Source: an uncultured bacterium
Lineage (GTDB): Bacteria; Omnitrophota; Omnitrophia; Omnitrophales; Aquincolibacteriaceae
Assembly (NCBI GenBank): GCA_964606385.1
Contig: CAZSFZ010000001.1
Coordinates: 136,304 to 200,303, forward strand
Reading direction: 5' to 3'
Length of the DNA: 64,000 nucleotides
Part shown: positions 19,288 to 28,303 of the stretch, one piece after another
Position numbering within the stretch: position 1 is the first letter of the stretch
Layout: every line of letters begins with the position of its first letter
The notes under the pieces: model-generated
What the model was told of the DNA's origin: nothing
Databases searched by the model: none
Seen by the model: the letters and a program-made list of their open reading frames with translations, nothing else
Made by a program: the position numbers and the translations under genes

Positions 19288-19875
19288 TTATTTGAGGGGC
19301 CAGGAAGCTACGATCGCGGCGATCTCTTCGAGCATTTTCTTTCGGTCATCGTCGGTCACGGTCGTGACGGAGCCGAAATATTTATGGCCCACCATGTCCA
19401 TGCCGCAGAACTTGAAGGTCTCGTTATCGATGATCTGCTCCATACTCTTGATGCCGCCGGAAGATTCCGCGACCGCGAGGGGCGCCCCCATGGTGCTGAA
19501 CGCGTAGACTTTTTTCCCCGGCAGGAGACCGACCGGCCCGGTCGGGCCGTAATCATAGGCAAACCCTTTGCTCAACACGCGATCGATATAGCCCATCGCC
19601 ATGGAAGGCATGCGCCCCCACCACACGGGATAGATAAAAGTCATCTGATCGGCCCAGCGGATATGGTCCTGTTCGATCGCAATATCGCCCGGAACCTTCC
19701 CCGCGAGAAGCGCCTGAAAATCATCGGCCTTGAGTACCGGATCGAAACGCAGGGCGTACAGGTCCCGCAGGCGGATCTCCTGGCCTTTTTCCTTGAGAAC
19801 ACGGACTAATGTCTCTTTAATGGCGTGATTAAAGCTCGCGGGATTCGGATGGGAATAAATGATAAGGTGTTTCAT
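19288..19875 (-). CDS. flavodoxin-fold NAD(P)H dehydrogenase (quinone) family protein
   Basis: At 195 aa, with MKHLIIYSHPNPASFNHAIKE...FIYPVWWGRMPSMAMGYIDRV, it has the typical Flavodoxin_2/NQO-type signature. Confidence 0.6.
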   Translation of the reverse strand: MKHLIIYSHPNPASFNHAIKETLVRVLKEKGQEIRLRDLYALRFDPVLKADDFQALLAGKVPGDIAIEQDHIRWADQMTFIYPVWWGRMPSMAMGYIDRVLSKGFAYDYGPTGPVGLLPGKKVYAFSTMGAPLAVAESSGGIKSMEQIIDNETFKFCGMDMVGHKYFGSVTTVTDDDRKKMLEEIAAIVASWPLK

Positions 19876-19914
19876 GATTTTTTCTCTCTTTCTTAGAATT
19901 TCAGTTTTAAGATC

Positions 19915-20874
19915 TTAGAGGCGGTCGGCGTTCTTCAGGAACCAGTGGACCGTGCGGCGAAGCCCTTCCTTGAACGGAACCCCGGGCCGGTAACCCAAAA
20001 GCCGGCGCGCCTTCGTGACATCCGCGAAAGTGCGCCGGACATCGCCTTCACGTTTGGGTTTATGGACGACCTTTACCTTCTTGAGGTCCAGGATCTTCAG
20101 GATCCCGTGCAGACAATCCAGGACACTCGCTTCCGAATGTGAACCGATATTAAACGCCTCGCCCGAAACCCCGGATTTTTTCATCGCCAGAAGATTCGCG
20201 GCCACCACATCATCCACATGGACAAAATCGCGGGATTGTTTTCCGTCCCAATGAACCTCGGGAGGGGTCCCGTCCAGAACGCATCTGAGAAAGATCGGAA
20301 TCACATTCGCGTACCGGGACTTCGGGTTTTGACGAGGGCCGTAAACGTTAAAGTAACGGAGCGCGACCGTTTCGAGCCCATAAAGCTCCGAATAATTTCT
20401 GCAATAATATTCCCCCATGATCTTGGAGGCCGCGTAGGGCGATTCAGGACGAGGCAGGTCCTCTTCGCTTGAAGGGAACTTATGGGTTTCACCATAAACG
20501 GAGGAAGAGGAAGTAAAGATCAAACGCTTCACGCCGGCCTTCCGGCTGGCTTCAAGAAGCTTCAGGGTCCCGGTGACATTGACCGTATTTGTATCGAGCG
20601 GCTGGGCCACGGACTGCGGCACGGACGCGATGGCGGCCAGATGAAAAACATAGGAAACACCCCGGACCGCTTTACGGATGTCCGCGTCATTACGGATATC
20701 CCCACGAAGGAATTCGATCTTCGAACGCAGGTGCTCGAGATTCTCCCGTTTTCCGGTCGAAAGATCATCCAGGACCTTGACGCGGTGCCCTTGCGACAGG
20801 AGACCGTCGACCAGATTCGATCCGATAAAACCGGCGCCGCCGGTCACAAGACAAAGAGGGGCTTGAGGGGTCAT
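19915..20874 (-). CDS. NAD-dependent epimerase/dehydratase (UDP-sugar 4-epimerase-like)
   Basis: The VTGGAGFIGSNLV Rossmann motif, a YxxxK active site (PYAASK) and about 320 aa fit this family. The start is taken at ATG 20872-20874 (MTPQAPLCLV); the ORF-track start 20931 would overlap the upstream gene. Confidence 0.8.
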   Translation of the reverse strand: MTPQAPLCLVTGGAGFIGSNLVDGLLSQGHRVKVLDDLSTGKRENLEHLRSKIEFLRGDIRNDADIRKAVRGVSYVFHLAAIASVPQSVAQPLDTNTVNVTGTLKLLEASRKAGVKRLIFTSSSSVYGETHKFPSSEEDLPRPESPYAASKIMGEYYCRNYSELYGLETVALRYFNVYGPRQNPKSRYANVIPIFLRCVLDGTPPEVHWDGKQSRDFVHVDDVVAANLLAMKKSGVSGEAFNIGSHSEASVLDCLHGILKILDLKKVKVVHKPKREGDVRRTFADVTKARRLLGYRPGVPFKEGLRRTVHWFLKNADRL

Positions 20875-20899
20875 GGACGGAACTCTCCGGAAACGCGGA

Positions 20900-22129
20900 T
20901 CAAACTTCGACCGGTTTATTGGTGGACTCAAAAAGGCACATGCGCTGAACTTTGATCCCCTTCATCAGGACTGCGCCGCCGAAAGCGGAGGAAACCGCGC
21001 CGCCGTTCCAGATCTCGGCGGACTTTTTGTCTAGGCTTTTCTTGTAATCCAGAACCCTTTCGCTCACCTGGTTCCCCAAAGGAGAATTATCCAGGTAATC
21101 ATAGGCCCCGATCAACGCGACCTTGTCATCATTCGACAGGATCAGCCCTTCCGGAGTCAACACGAGCTTCATCCCGCGAGGGACATCGCCTACGGAATCG
21201 GCGGCGACCTGAGCTTCGTGGAGGATCTTGTCCGCCGGGATCTCCGTCACGGCCACAATGCCCGTGTCAAGAAGAACCCCGGAGCCTTCGACATTTTTGA
21301 GTTTCTCGAGATAGAACCGGAAATAAGTGATCTCGCGCGGCGTGTAATAAGGATGGTTCAGGAACTTCAACACTTTTTCCTCGGGAAATCCCAGGTCCAG
21401 AAGCGCTTTTTTGTTCAGGTTGAAAAGGTCCGCCCGGTCCTTGTCGTTCACGAGCTGGTCCGCCGCGGCGTTGACGTTGCTCACGGTCATCACAGCGGAG
21501 ACAATAAAACCCACGGGAACAAAAAAGGTCGCGACCGCCACGATCCCGCGGCCGCCCATCTGGGCCTTGGCCATCGAATCAAGCTTCGCCTGGAGCGCTT
21601 CATTACGCGTATAAACGTCCACCCCGAGCTTCTTCGCGATGTCCCGCTTCGTGGAGCTCAGGAAAGTATCCCCTTTTTCGCCTTCTTCCTTTTTCTTGAA
21701 AGCGCCGCCGATCTTGCCGCCCAATTTGCCGATCCCCTTGCCGATCCCGCTCACGGAATCCACAGGGTGCACCACCATATTCTTGAGCCCTTCTCCCGTG
21801 TCTTTGATCGAATCAACCGCGCCGTCCGCGATGCCGCTCCCCGTATCCTCTGTCGCGTTCAGCTGCGCGAGTACATCCTCCTCATGAAGGAATTTCTTGA
21901 GATTGCTCAGCCCATGGACAGTCGAACTCCCTTGGGGAGAGGTCACCTCAAACGTCAGAAATCCCGGAAACTGAGGATTCTCTTTCACGGAGACGATCTG
22001 GACATTCGGGGACTTCGAGGGATAGAAATCCTTCGGAAGCCGGAGGTCCTGCATGGTCACAGCCCCGAAAGAGAGCGTTTGGGAAGCTACAAAAAAAAGA
22101 ACTGCCAGGATACTGATCTTTTTTTTCAT
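20900..22129 (-). CDS. hypothetical secreted protein (409 aa) with signal peptide and an internal hydrophobic segment
   Basis: The N-terminus MKKKISILAVLFFVASQTLSFGA is a signal peptide. A Gly/Lys-rich region GIGKGIGKLGGKIGGAFKKKEEGEKG and the hydrophobic stretch GIVAVATFFVPVGFIVSAVMTV are present. No known family was recognised. Confidence 0.55.
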   Translation of the reverse strand: MKKKISILAVLFFVASQTLSFGAVTMQDLRLPKDFYPSKSPNVQIVSVKENPQFPGFLTFEVTSPQGSSTVHGLSNLKKFLHEEDVLAQLNATEDTGSGIADGAVDSIKDTGEGLKNMVVHPVDSVSGIGKGIGKLGGKIGGAFKKKEEGEKGDTFLSSTKRDIAKKLGVDVYTRNEALQAKLDSMAKAQMGGRGIVAVATFFVPVGFIVSAVMTVSNVNAAADQLVNDKDRADLFNLNKKALLDLGFPEEKVLKFLNHPYYTPREITYFRFYLEKLKNVEGSGVLLDTGIVAVTEIPADKILHEAQVAADSVGDVPRGMKLVLTPEGLILSNDDKVALIGAYDYLDNSPLGNQVSERVLDYKKSLDKKSAEIWNGGAVSSAFGGAVLMKGIKVQRMCLFESTNKPVEV

Positions 22130-22158
22130 GACGCTGCCTCGCTAGGGTTGATAGGGCC

Positions 22159-22545
22159 TTAGATGGTTTTTTCGGGCGTCACCGCAGGCGCCGCCGGTTC
22201 CGGTTTTTTTCCCGGCATTTTATCTTTCATCGGGCACTGCTTCCCCCACGCCGGCATCGGAACCTCGACTTCTTTCACAAGGTTCAGGTCCGCGTCGTAT
22301 TTGAGAAGCTTATTGCCGGCAAGAATGATCACGCCGCCGTCATCCGAGGCGACCATGTTTGTTTTCCCCATCTTCATGCAGTCCATCTTGCCCTTTCCCG
22401 GCATCGGAGGCATTCCCGCCGGTTTTTCCGCCGGGGCATCCATGGGCGGCATACCGAACATGTTCTCCATTTCCATATCTTCAGCAAAGGCCGCGGCCGG
22501 GATCAAAAGCGACAACACCAACAGCGCCAAAACGATCTTCTTCAT
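22159..22545 (-). CDS. small Met-rich secreted protein (128 aa), candidate periplasmic Cu(I)/Ag(I)-binding protein
   Basis: The signal peptide is MKKIVLALLVLSLLIPAAAFA. The mature part has clustered Met motifs (MEMENMFGMPPMDAPAEKPAGMPPMPGKGKMDCMKMGKTNM) plus two Cys. Confidence 0.5.
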   Translation of the reverse strand: MKKIVLALLVLSLLIPAAAFAEDMEMENMFGMPPMDAPAEKPAGMPPMPGKGKMDCMKMGKTNMVASDDGGVIILAGNKLLKYDADLNLVKEVEVPMPAWGKQCPMKDKMPGKKPEPAAPAVTPEKTI

Positions 22546-22568
22546 GGGAACCTCCTTGAGGGGTGTTT

Positions 22569-23576
22569 TTAGGCTTTGCCTGCGGAACCAAGCACCTGTT
22601 CGTTCTTGTGTTTATACATAGCCACGAGCGCGTCACGCGCGGGACCGAGATACTTGCGCGGATCGAATTCCGCGGGTTTTTCTTTAAAGGTCTTGCGGAT
22701 CGCCGCGGTCATCCAGAGACGCCCGTCCGAATCGATGTTCACCTTGCAAACGGCCGATTTCGCGGCCTTGCGGAGCTGTTCTTCGGGGATCCCGACAGAA
22801 TCCTTGAGCGCGCCGCCGTTCTCATTGATGATCTTGACCGCTTCAACGGGAACCGAGGAAGCCCCGTGGAGCACGATGGGAAATCCCGGGATCTTTTGCT
22901 CGATCTCTTCCAGGATATCAAAGCGAAGGGGCGGCGGGATCAGGATCCCGTCGGCATTGCGCGTGCACTGGGCCGGCTTGAATTTGTTCGCGCCGTGGGA
23001 GGTCCCGATGGAGATCGCAAGCGAATCCACGCTGGTCTCCTTCACGAACTTCACGACATCCTTCGGGTCCGTATAGGTCGAGTGTTCCGCGCTCACATCG
23101 TCCTCGATCCCCGCAAGCACGCCGAGCTCCCCTTCGACGGTCACATCGTTCTTGTGCGCGAACTCAACCACTTGCCGGGTCAGCTCGATATTTTTTTCAA
23201 ACGGATGGTGCGATCCGTCGATCATGACGGAAGAAAATCCCGATTCGATACAGGATTTCGCGAGTTCAAAGGTATCGCCGTGGTCCAGGTGAAGCGCCAT
23301 CGGGACCGGCTTCAGGCCTTTTTCCTTGGCATACGCCTTCATCATCTCCACCGCGCCCTGCCCCATGTACTGAAGCAGGATCTGGTTGGCGTACTTGCGC
23401 GCGCCGCTTGAGACCTGGAGGATCACCGGCGACTGCGTTTCGACGCAGGCAACGACGATCGCCTGGATCTGCTCCATGTTGTTAAAATTATAGGCCGGAA
23501 CCGCGTAACCGCCCTTGAAGGCCTTCTGGAACATTTCGCGCGTATTCACAAAACCGAGCTGCTTGTACGAGATCAT
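22569..23576 (-). CDS. fba: fructose-bisphosphate aldolase, class II
   Basis: At 335 aa, it has the VPAYNFNNMEQ, HLDHG and SIGTSHG class-II FBA motifs. Confidence 0.85.
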   Translation of the reverse strand: MISYKQLGFVNTREMFQKAFKGGYAVPAYNFNNMEQIQAIVVACVETQSPVILQVSSGARKYANQILLQYMGQGAVEMMKAYAKEKGLKPVPMALHLDHGDTFELAKSCIESGFSSVMIDGSHHPFEKNIELTRQVVEFAHKNDVTVEGELGVLAGIEDDVSAEHSTYTDPKDVVKFVKETSVDSLAISIGTSHGANKFKPAQCTRNADGILIPPPLRFDILEEIEQKIPGFPIVLHGASSVPVEAVKIINENGGALKDSVGIPEEQLRKAAKSAVCKVNIDSDGRLWMTAAIRKTFKEKPAEFDPRKYLGPARDALVAMYKHKNEQVLGSAGKA

Positions 23577-23744
23577 TTGTTTTCTCCCTTGCCCCGTTAG
23601 AGATCTGACCGACCCTATCGGAGTCTATTTTATTGTTTGTTGCGTATTATTTCTGAAATCCTTTTTCGCGATATTTAAATCTCTAACGGGGTTAATTCGG
23701 ACCTATTTCTTAGCTTCACTTCCGTTCGCTAAGGGATGTCCTCA

Positions 23745-24332
23745 TTAATAATTCTCCACCCACACTTCAAAGAACTCCTGCGGGTGATCGCAGGTCGGGC
23801 AACGTTCGGGGGCCTTGGTCGCCTCCACGATGTAACCGCAGTTCAAGCATTTCCAGTAGACCTTGCCGTCCTTGACGAAGATCTTGTGGTGCTCCACCGC
23901 GTTATAGAGCTTGCTATAGCGCTCTTCATGGCGCTTTTCGACCATCGCGACCAGTTTGAAGCTTTTCGCGACATCGTGAAAACCTTCCTTGTCCGCAACT
24001 TCCGCGAAAGCGGGATAAAGATCCGTCCATTCCTCGTGTTCTCCCATGGCCGCCGCCTTGAGGTTCTCGAGGGTCTTGCCGAGCGCCACGGGGTAGCTCG
24101 CATGGATCTCCTGGGTCATCCCCTGCATGCCGTTCTTAATGAGATGCTTGTAGAACACCTTGGCGTGTTCTTTTTCGTTTTCCGCCGTCTCGAGGAAAAT
24201 ATTGGAGATCTGACGATAACCCTCTTTAAGGGCCGCGGACGCGTAATAGGTGTAACGCATGCGTGCCTGGGATTCGCCCGCGAATGATTTCATAAGGTTT
24301 TCAGCCGTTTTGCTTCCCTTGAATACCGCCAT
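23745..24332 (-). CDS. rbr: rubrerythrin
   Basis: At 195 aa, it has ferritin-like diiron ligands (E..H motifs) and a C-terminal rubredoxin-like CxxC...CxxC (CLNCGYIVEA...CPTCDHP). Confidence 0.85.
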   Translation of the reverse strand: MAVFKGSKTAENLMKSFAGESQARMRYTYYASAALKEGYRQISNIFLETAENEKEHAKVFYKHLIKNGMQGMTQEIHASYPVALGKTLENLKAAAMGEHEEWTDLYPAFAEVADKEGFHDVAKSFKLVAMVEKRHEERYSKLYNAVEHHKIFVKDGKVYWKCLNCGYIVEATKAPERCPTCDHPQEFFEVWVENY

Positions 24333-24449
24333 AGCTTCCTCCTGGGGTTATTTAAAAAAGGAAATACCGGGGGACTTCCTTCCGAAACAGGGCGTTATTA
24401 TATCATCATGAAAAGAGGGGTAAAGGAAAAGCTGACCGGCGGAAACGCC

Positions 24450-25871
24450 TTAGCCATTCTCATAGAAAAGGGTCAGGATCTCCTTAAGGGATTTCTTGTG
24501 ACGCCGGAAAAGCTCGAGGTCTTCCTTCGTGGCCACCCAGGTCAGAGTCGTTTCCCCCTGGGATAGCTGGAACTTCAGGGATTGATAGTCCTTGAAGCTG
24601 TAACTCCGGAGCACTTCCACGAACTCGCGGGCCGTCTGCTCCCAGAAATAAAGCATATCCTCGTGGAGCCCGCGTCCGGGCGTATAGGAGGATTCTTTGG
24701 GGTTCCTTAGCGGGGCGATCGCGTTAAAAAGAAAACTTTTCTCCGGGGCGGGCTCAAAACGCACCACCAGCTTGACGCTCAGGAATGTGTTGGAGATCCG
24801 CTCATCCTCGACGGCGATCATCTGAAAGCGCCGCGTGAGCTGCTTCGCGAGAAAATCCCCCATGGTAATGTCGGGGGTTTTGAATTCCGACTCCCAGTTG
24901 GGGAGGCTTTTCATGACCATGTCCCGCGTGAACGTGAAATCGGGCGTCGCAGCCTTATCATCCAGGTAGGTCATCGGGATGATCCTGCGTATCTTCTCCG
25001 TGTCCCCCAGCGTCGAAACCTGGAACAGGTACTCCATCACCTTCGGTTCGAAGTTCATCATCTTCGGGTCCTTGGGCGCCACTTCCGCTTTGGCATAGAC
25101 CACGATATCGTTGTCCTGGATCGGAATGCTCTTTAATTCCAGGACGGTCCATTTCGCGTGACCGTAAGGCGCCACGAGCCCCCGGGCATCCGTAAAAAAG
25201 AATTCCCCCGTCCATTTCGACTGATCGGTGTTGGGAAAATAACGCTCCTGGACATCATCGACGGTCGCTTCGTTCAGGTCCTTGAAAAAATGTCTCACGG
25301 GACGGTGCCAGACCGCGGCCCGGTTCATATGAAGGTCATGAATGATACGTTTGCGGTATTCGCTCCGCGGGATGTCCCAGAACCGGACCCGCTTGAGATC
25401 GTCGATCTGCCCGACAAAGGTCAGGTCCATGCCGCTTTTTTCAATATCCGTGGCCTGGAGGTAATAAAAATCGATCTTTTTATCGGTGCTGAGCATGATC
25501 CGCGACATGGAAAAAAGGATGTCCTCGACCTTGTCGATGGCCTCCTCGGTCGGCTGGAAAAGACTTTCCATGTCCGTGACTTGGCCGCTCATGAGGGCTT
25601 CTTTGAGATCGGTCGCGAAAAGTTTATCCAGGGGAAGAAAAACGCCGAGGGTCGTCCCTTTGAATTCCACGTCGATATGTGGGATCTGGTATTCCTCGAG
25701 GGCGATCTTTTGAAGGGCTTCCTTGCAGCGGGCCTCGGGATAAGTGACCGGGCTGCAGCCTGAAAAAACCAGCGCTCCCAGAAAAAGCCATGCGAAAAAA
25801 AAGCGGGACCGTGTCTTTAAATACTTCCAAACACGATCCCGCTTTTCAGGAAAAATCGACTTCGCGTCCAA
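24450..25871 (-). CDS. hypothetical lipoprotein (473 aa), tightly coupled downstream of ftsH
   Basis: The signal peptide carries a lipobox (LVFSGCSP). Its start codon is 3 nt after the ftsH stop. No family was recognised. Confidence 0.5.
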   Translation of the reverse strand: MDAKSIFPEKRDRVWKYLKTRSRFFFAWLFLGALVFSGCSPVTYPEARCKEALQKIALEEYQIPHIDVEFKGTTLGVFLPLDKLFATDLKEALMSGQVTDMESLFQPTEEAIDKVEDILFSMSRIMLSTDKKIDFYYLQATDIEKSGMDLTFVGQIDDLKRVRFWDIPRSEYRKRIIHDLHMNRAAVWHRPVRHFFKDLNEATVDDVQERYFPNTDQSKWTGEFFFTDARGLVAPYGHAKWTVLELKSIPIQDNDIVVYAKAEVAPKDPKMMNFEPKVMEYLFQVSTLGDTEKIRRIIPMTYLDDKAATPDFTFTRDMVMKSLPNWESEFKTPDITMGDFLAKQLTRRFQMIAVEDERISNTFLSVKLVVRFEPAPEKSFLFNAIAPLRNPKESSYTPGRGLHEDMLYFWEQTAREFVEVLRSYSFKDYQSLKFQLSQGETTLTWVATKEDLELFRRHKKSLKEILTLFYENG

Positions 25872-25874
25872 AGC

Positions 25875-27536
25875 TCAGGCCTTCGGCGGCTCGATCAAAG
25901 GGGGCGTGTAGCCACTGAACCGCCGGGGGTTAGCCTTGCCAAACTCGTTAAAAATTGTTTCGATCTCGTCGTAATCCAGCTCGTTCTTCTGAAGCAGTTC
26001 ATGCGCAAAGCGTTCAAACAGGTCTTTTTCCGACCGAAGCAAATTTTCGACATCGGTCATGGCTTCCTTCAGAATCCTATCGACGTCCTGATTCAGACGC
26101 AATTTAACATCCTCCGAAAGGAGAAGCGCGTTTCCGTCCCTGTAAACCGTATAATCCCCGACCAGCCCCGACGGCCCCATGCCGATCACCCAGACCATGA
26201 AATGAGCAAGATTCATGGCTTGTTTGAAATCGGAGGTCACTCCGGTCGTCGTGGTGTTGAACTTGACCTTTTCGGCCACATACCCGGCCAGACAAATCTT
26301 GATATCGGCCAAAAGGGTTTCACGATCGCGGCCGTGCCATTCTTCAATGGACGTCGGGTGGACCACCCCCAAAGAAGATTTTCGCGGGATGATGGAAGCT
26401 TTGAACACATCGTCGCGGGGATGCAGGAGATAGGTCACCATCAAATGACCGGTCTCATGATAAGCCGTCATTTCCCTCTCGCGGGCATTCACGGTAAGTT
26501 TTTGTTTCATCCCGAGTTCGATCCTCTCGATTGCCTCAGAAAGATCCTTAAGCCCCACCACATCCTTTTTGTTGCGGGTGGCGATCAGTGCTGATTCTTT
26601 CACGATATTTTCGATATCGGCCGGCGATTTATCGACGGCTTTGCGCGCCAGACGTTTACAATCGATCGCTGCTTCGTATTTGATCTTGCTGAGATAAAAA
26701 CGGAAAAGCGACTCCCGGCCTTCAAGACTGGGTTTTTTGATGTAAACCTTGCGATCAAAACGGCCGGGGCGTAACAACGCGGGATCCAGTACGTCCTCCG
26801 AAGCGTTCGTCGCGCCGATCACAATGATATTTTCCGACCGGTCCCCCAAGCCGTCCATGGCCACCAGAAGCTGGTTTTGAGTCGTGTTCGCCTCCGCGCC
26901 GCCGAACTGGTTGAACGTCCGGCGATGCCCCATCGCATCCATCTCGTCGATAAAAACGATGCACCCGCCGAAACCGTAAGCAAGCCTTGCCGCCTTTTTA
27001 AAAAGTTGGCGTACGCGACTTGCGCCCACGCCGACAAACACCTCGTTGAATTCGCTCGCGGCCATGCTCAGGAAAGGAAGCCCTGCCTCAGTCGCGATCG
27101 CCTTGGCGAGATAGGTCTTCCCGCATCCGGGAGGACCCATCATCAGGATCCCTCGAAGGATCTTGCCGCCGATCTTTTTGAGACGCGCGTGATCCTTGAT
27201 CAGCTGAACCACTTCCCAGCATTCGTCCTTGGCCTCATCGATCCCGATCACATCAGAGAATCGGACATTGACCTGATTCGCCTTGATGTTCTTCTTTTCA
27301 AGTTTTGAGAACCCGCCGCGAAAGACCATCATGTACATGTAAACAAAGATCACCGAATTGATAATGACCATCAGGATCTGAAGCGGCAACTGGGCCAGCG
27401 TGATATTACGGTAGTAGCTTTCGAGAGAGGCCATGCCCCAGATCGAAAGCAGGACAAGAAGCAATCCCGCGAAAATGATGGCCGCCTTTACCCAATGATC
27501 CATCAGGAATAGCTTCCAGCGACGCCATTTATTCAT
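25875..27536 (-). CDS. ftsH: ATP-dependent zinc metalloprotease FtsH family
   Basis: There are two N-terminal TM segments, AAA+ Walker A (GPPGCGKT), Walker B (IVFIDEMD), SRH, and the HEXXH zinc site (HETGH). The periplasmic loop is unusually short. Confidence 0.8.
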   Translation of the reverse strand: MNKWRRWKLFLMDHWVKAAIIFAGLLLVLLSIWGMASLESYYRNITLAQLPLQILMVIINSVIFVYMYMMVFRGGFSKLEKKNIKANQVNVRFSDVIGIDEAKDECWEVVQLIKDHARLKKIGGKILRGILMMGPPGCGKTYLAKAIATEAGLPFLSMAASEFNEVFVGVGASRVRQLFKKAARLAYGFGGCIVFIDEMDAMGHRRTFNQFGGAEANTTQNQLLVAMDGLGDRSENIIVIGATNASEDVLDPALLRPGRFDRKVYIKKPSLEGRESLFRFYLSKIKYEAAIDCKRLARKAVDKSPADIENIVKESALIATRNKKDVVGLKDLSEAIERIELGMKQKLTVNAREREMTAYHETGHLMVTYLLHPRDDVFKASIIPRKSSLGVVHPTSIEEWHGRDRETLLADIKICLAGYVAEKVKFNTTTTGVTSDFKQAMNLAHFMVWVIGMGPSGLVGDYTVYRDGNALLLSEDVKLRLNQDVDRILKEAMTDVENLLRSEKDLFERFAHELLQKNELDYDEIETIFNEFGKANPRRFSGYTPPLIEPPKA

Positions 27537-27589
27537 AGAAAACCGCCTTTTCTCAGCTTAAGTTATAGGGATGACCCCCGAAAAACAGT

Positions 27590-27630
27590 GAGGATTATAC
27601 CTGTTTTAAAGCCAAAACACACTTACTAGA
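27590..27630 (-). promoter_or_regulatory. putative ftsH promoter (-10 TATAAT at 27594-27599 on minus strand)
   Basis: The revcomp reads ...aaacaggTATAATcctcac... about 58 nt upstream of the ftsH ATG. The -35 is poor (TGTGTT at 16-nt spacing). Confidence 0.3.
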
Positions 27631-27674
27631 ATTTCGACAGAAAAACCATTCCCTTGAGAGACGTCGGAGAGCGT

Positions 27675-27742
27675 GGAACGGGTAACGGGAAACGATAAAA
27701 GCCCCTTTGCGCAACGTTCTCCGTTAGCCGTTTCCCGGTTTC
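27675..27742. repeat. heptad AACGG motif locus 1: ggaacgg-gtaacgg-gaaacg (27675-27694) with inverted partner cgtttcccggtttc (27729-27742)
   Basis: Three NNAACGG heptamers occur in tandem. There is a 9-bp perfect inverted repeat cgggaaacg/cgtttcccg separated by about 34 nt. The locus lies between the ftsH promoter region and the stop of the 153-aa gene. Confidence 0.5.
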
Positions 27743-27745
27743 TAG

Positions 27746-28207
27746 CTACCACCAGTAATCGTCCGCTTTAGCGGACTCGGTCTCCCGAGCTTCCTGGAAA
27801 GCCTCAGGCTGCATCGCCTCGGAGCCTTCCCGGTCTGCTTCGCCTTGCACTCCTTCTTCTAAGGAAGTTTTCTCCAAAGACTCGGAGGCGGCAGGCGCCT
27901 CGGTGGGCTGTTCTTCCCACCATCCCGCGGTATCATCGGCGGCAGGGGTCTTCGCCGTCACAGGCTCCTGGGAACCTTTCTTCTCTTTGCTGAACGGAGG
28001 GTCAATAAAGAAACTTTCGCGGGGGTTGTTTTTGACGTGATACATCAGAGGACCTTTTTTGCCGTCTTTTTCCTCTTCTTTTTTCTGTTCGTAGAGAATG
28101 CCGTTCGTCTGCGTATCCCGGATAGGGTTCTCCGCCTTGCGGACCGTCCCGAGACTCAAACCCGCTAGAACAAGCAAAAAGATACAAAACCATGTGTTTT
28201 TGTTCAT
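27746..28207 (-). CDS. hypothetical small secreted acidic protein (153 aa)
   Basis: It has the signal peptide MNKNTWFCIFLLVLAGLSLGTV and an acidic, low-complexity C-terminal half ending DDYWW. Confidence 0.45.
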   Translation of the reverse strand: MNKNTWFCIFLLVLAGLSLGTVRKAENPIRDTQTNGILYEQKKEEEKDGKKGPLMYHVKNNPRESFFIDPPFSKEKKGSQEPVTAKTPAADDTAGWWEEQPTEAPAASESLEKTSLEEGVQGEADREGSEAMQPEAFQEARETESAKADDYWW

Positions 28208-28276
28208 AAGTAAAGGATAGCGGATAAGGGCGGAAAGTGCAAATTCGCTTCTGCGGCGGGAAACGTGAACGAATGC

Positions 28277-28303
28277 GTTAACCGTTCCCCGTTTCCCGTT
28301 CCC
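28277..28303. repeat. heptad AACGG motif locus 2 (minus-strand reading gggaacgg-gaaacgg-ggaacgg-ttaa), overlapping the last 8 codons and stop of uvrA
   Basis: The same GGAACGGGAAACG core as loci 1 and 3 is present. It encodes the UvrA C-terminal tail ..RERETGNG*. Confidence 0.5.
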
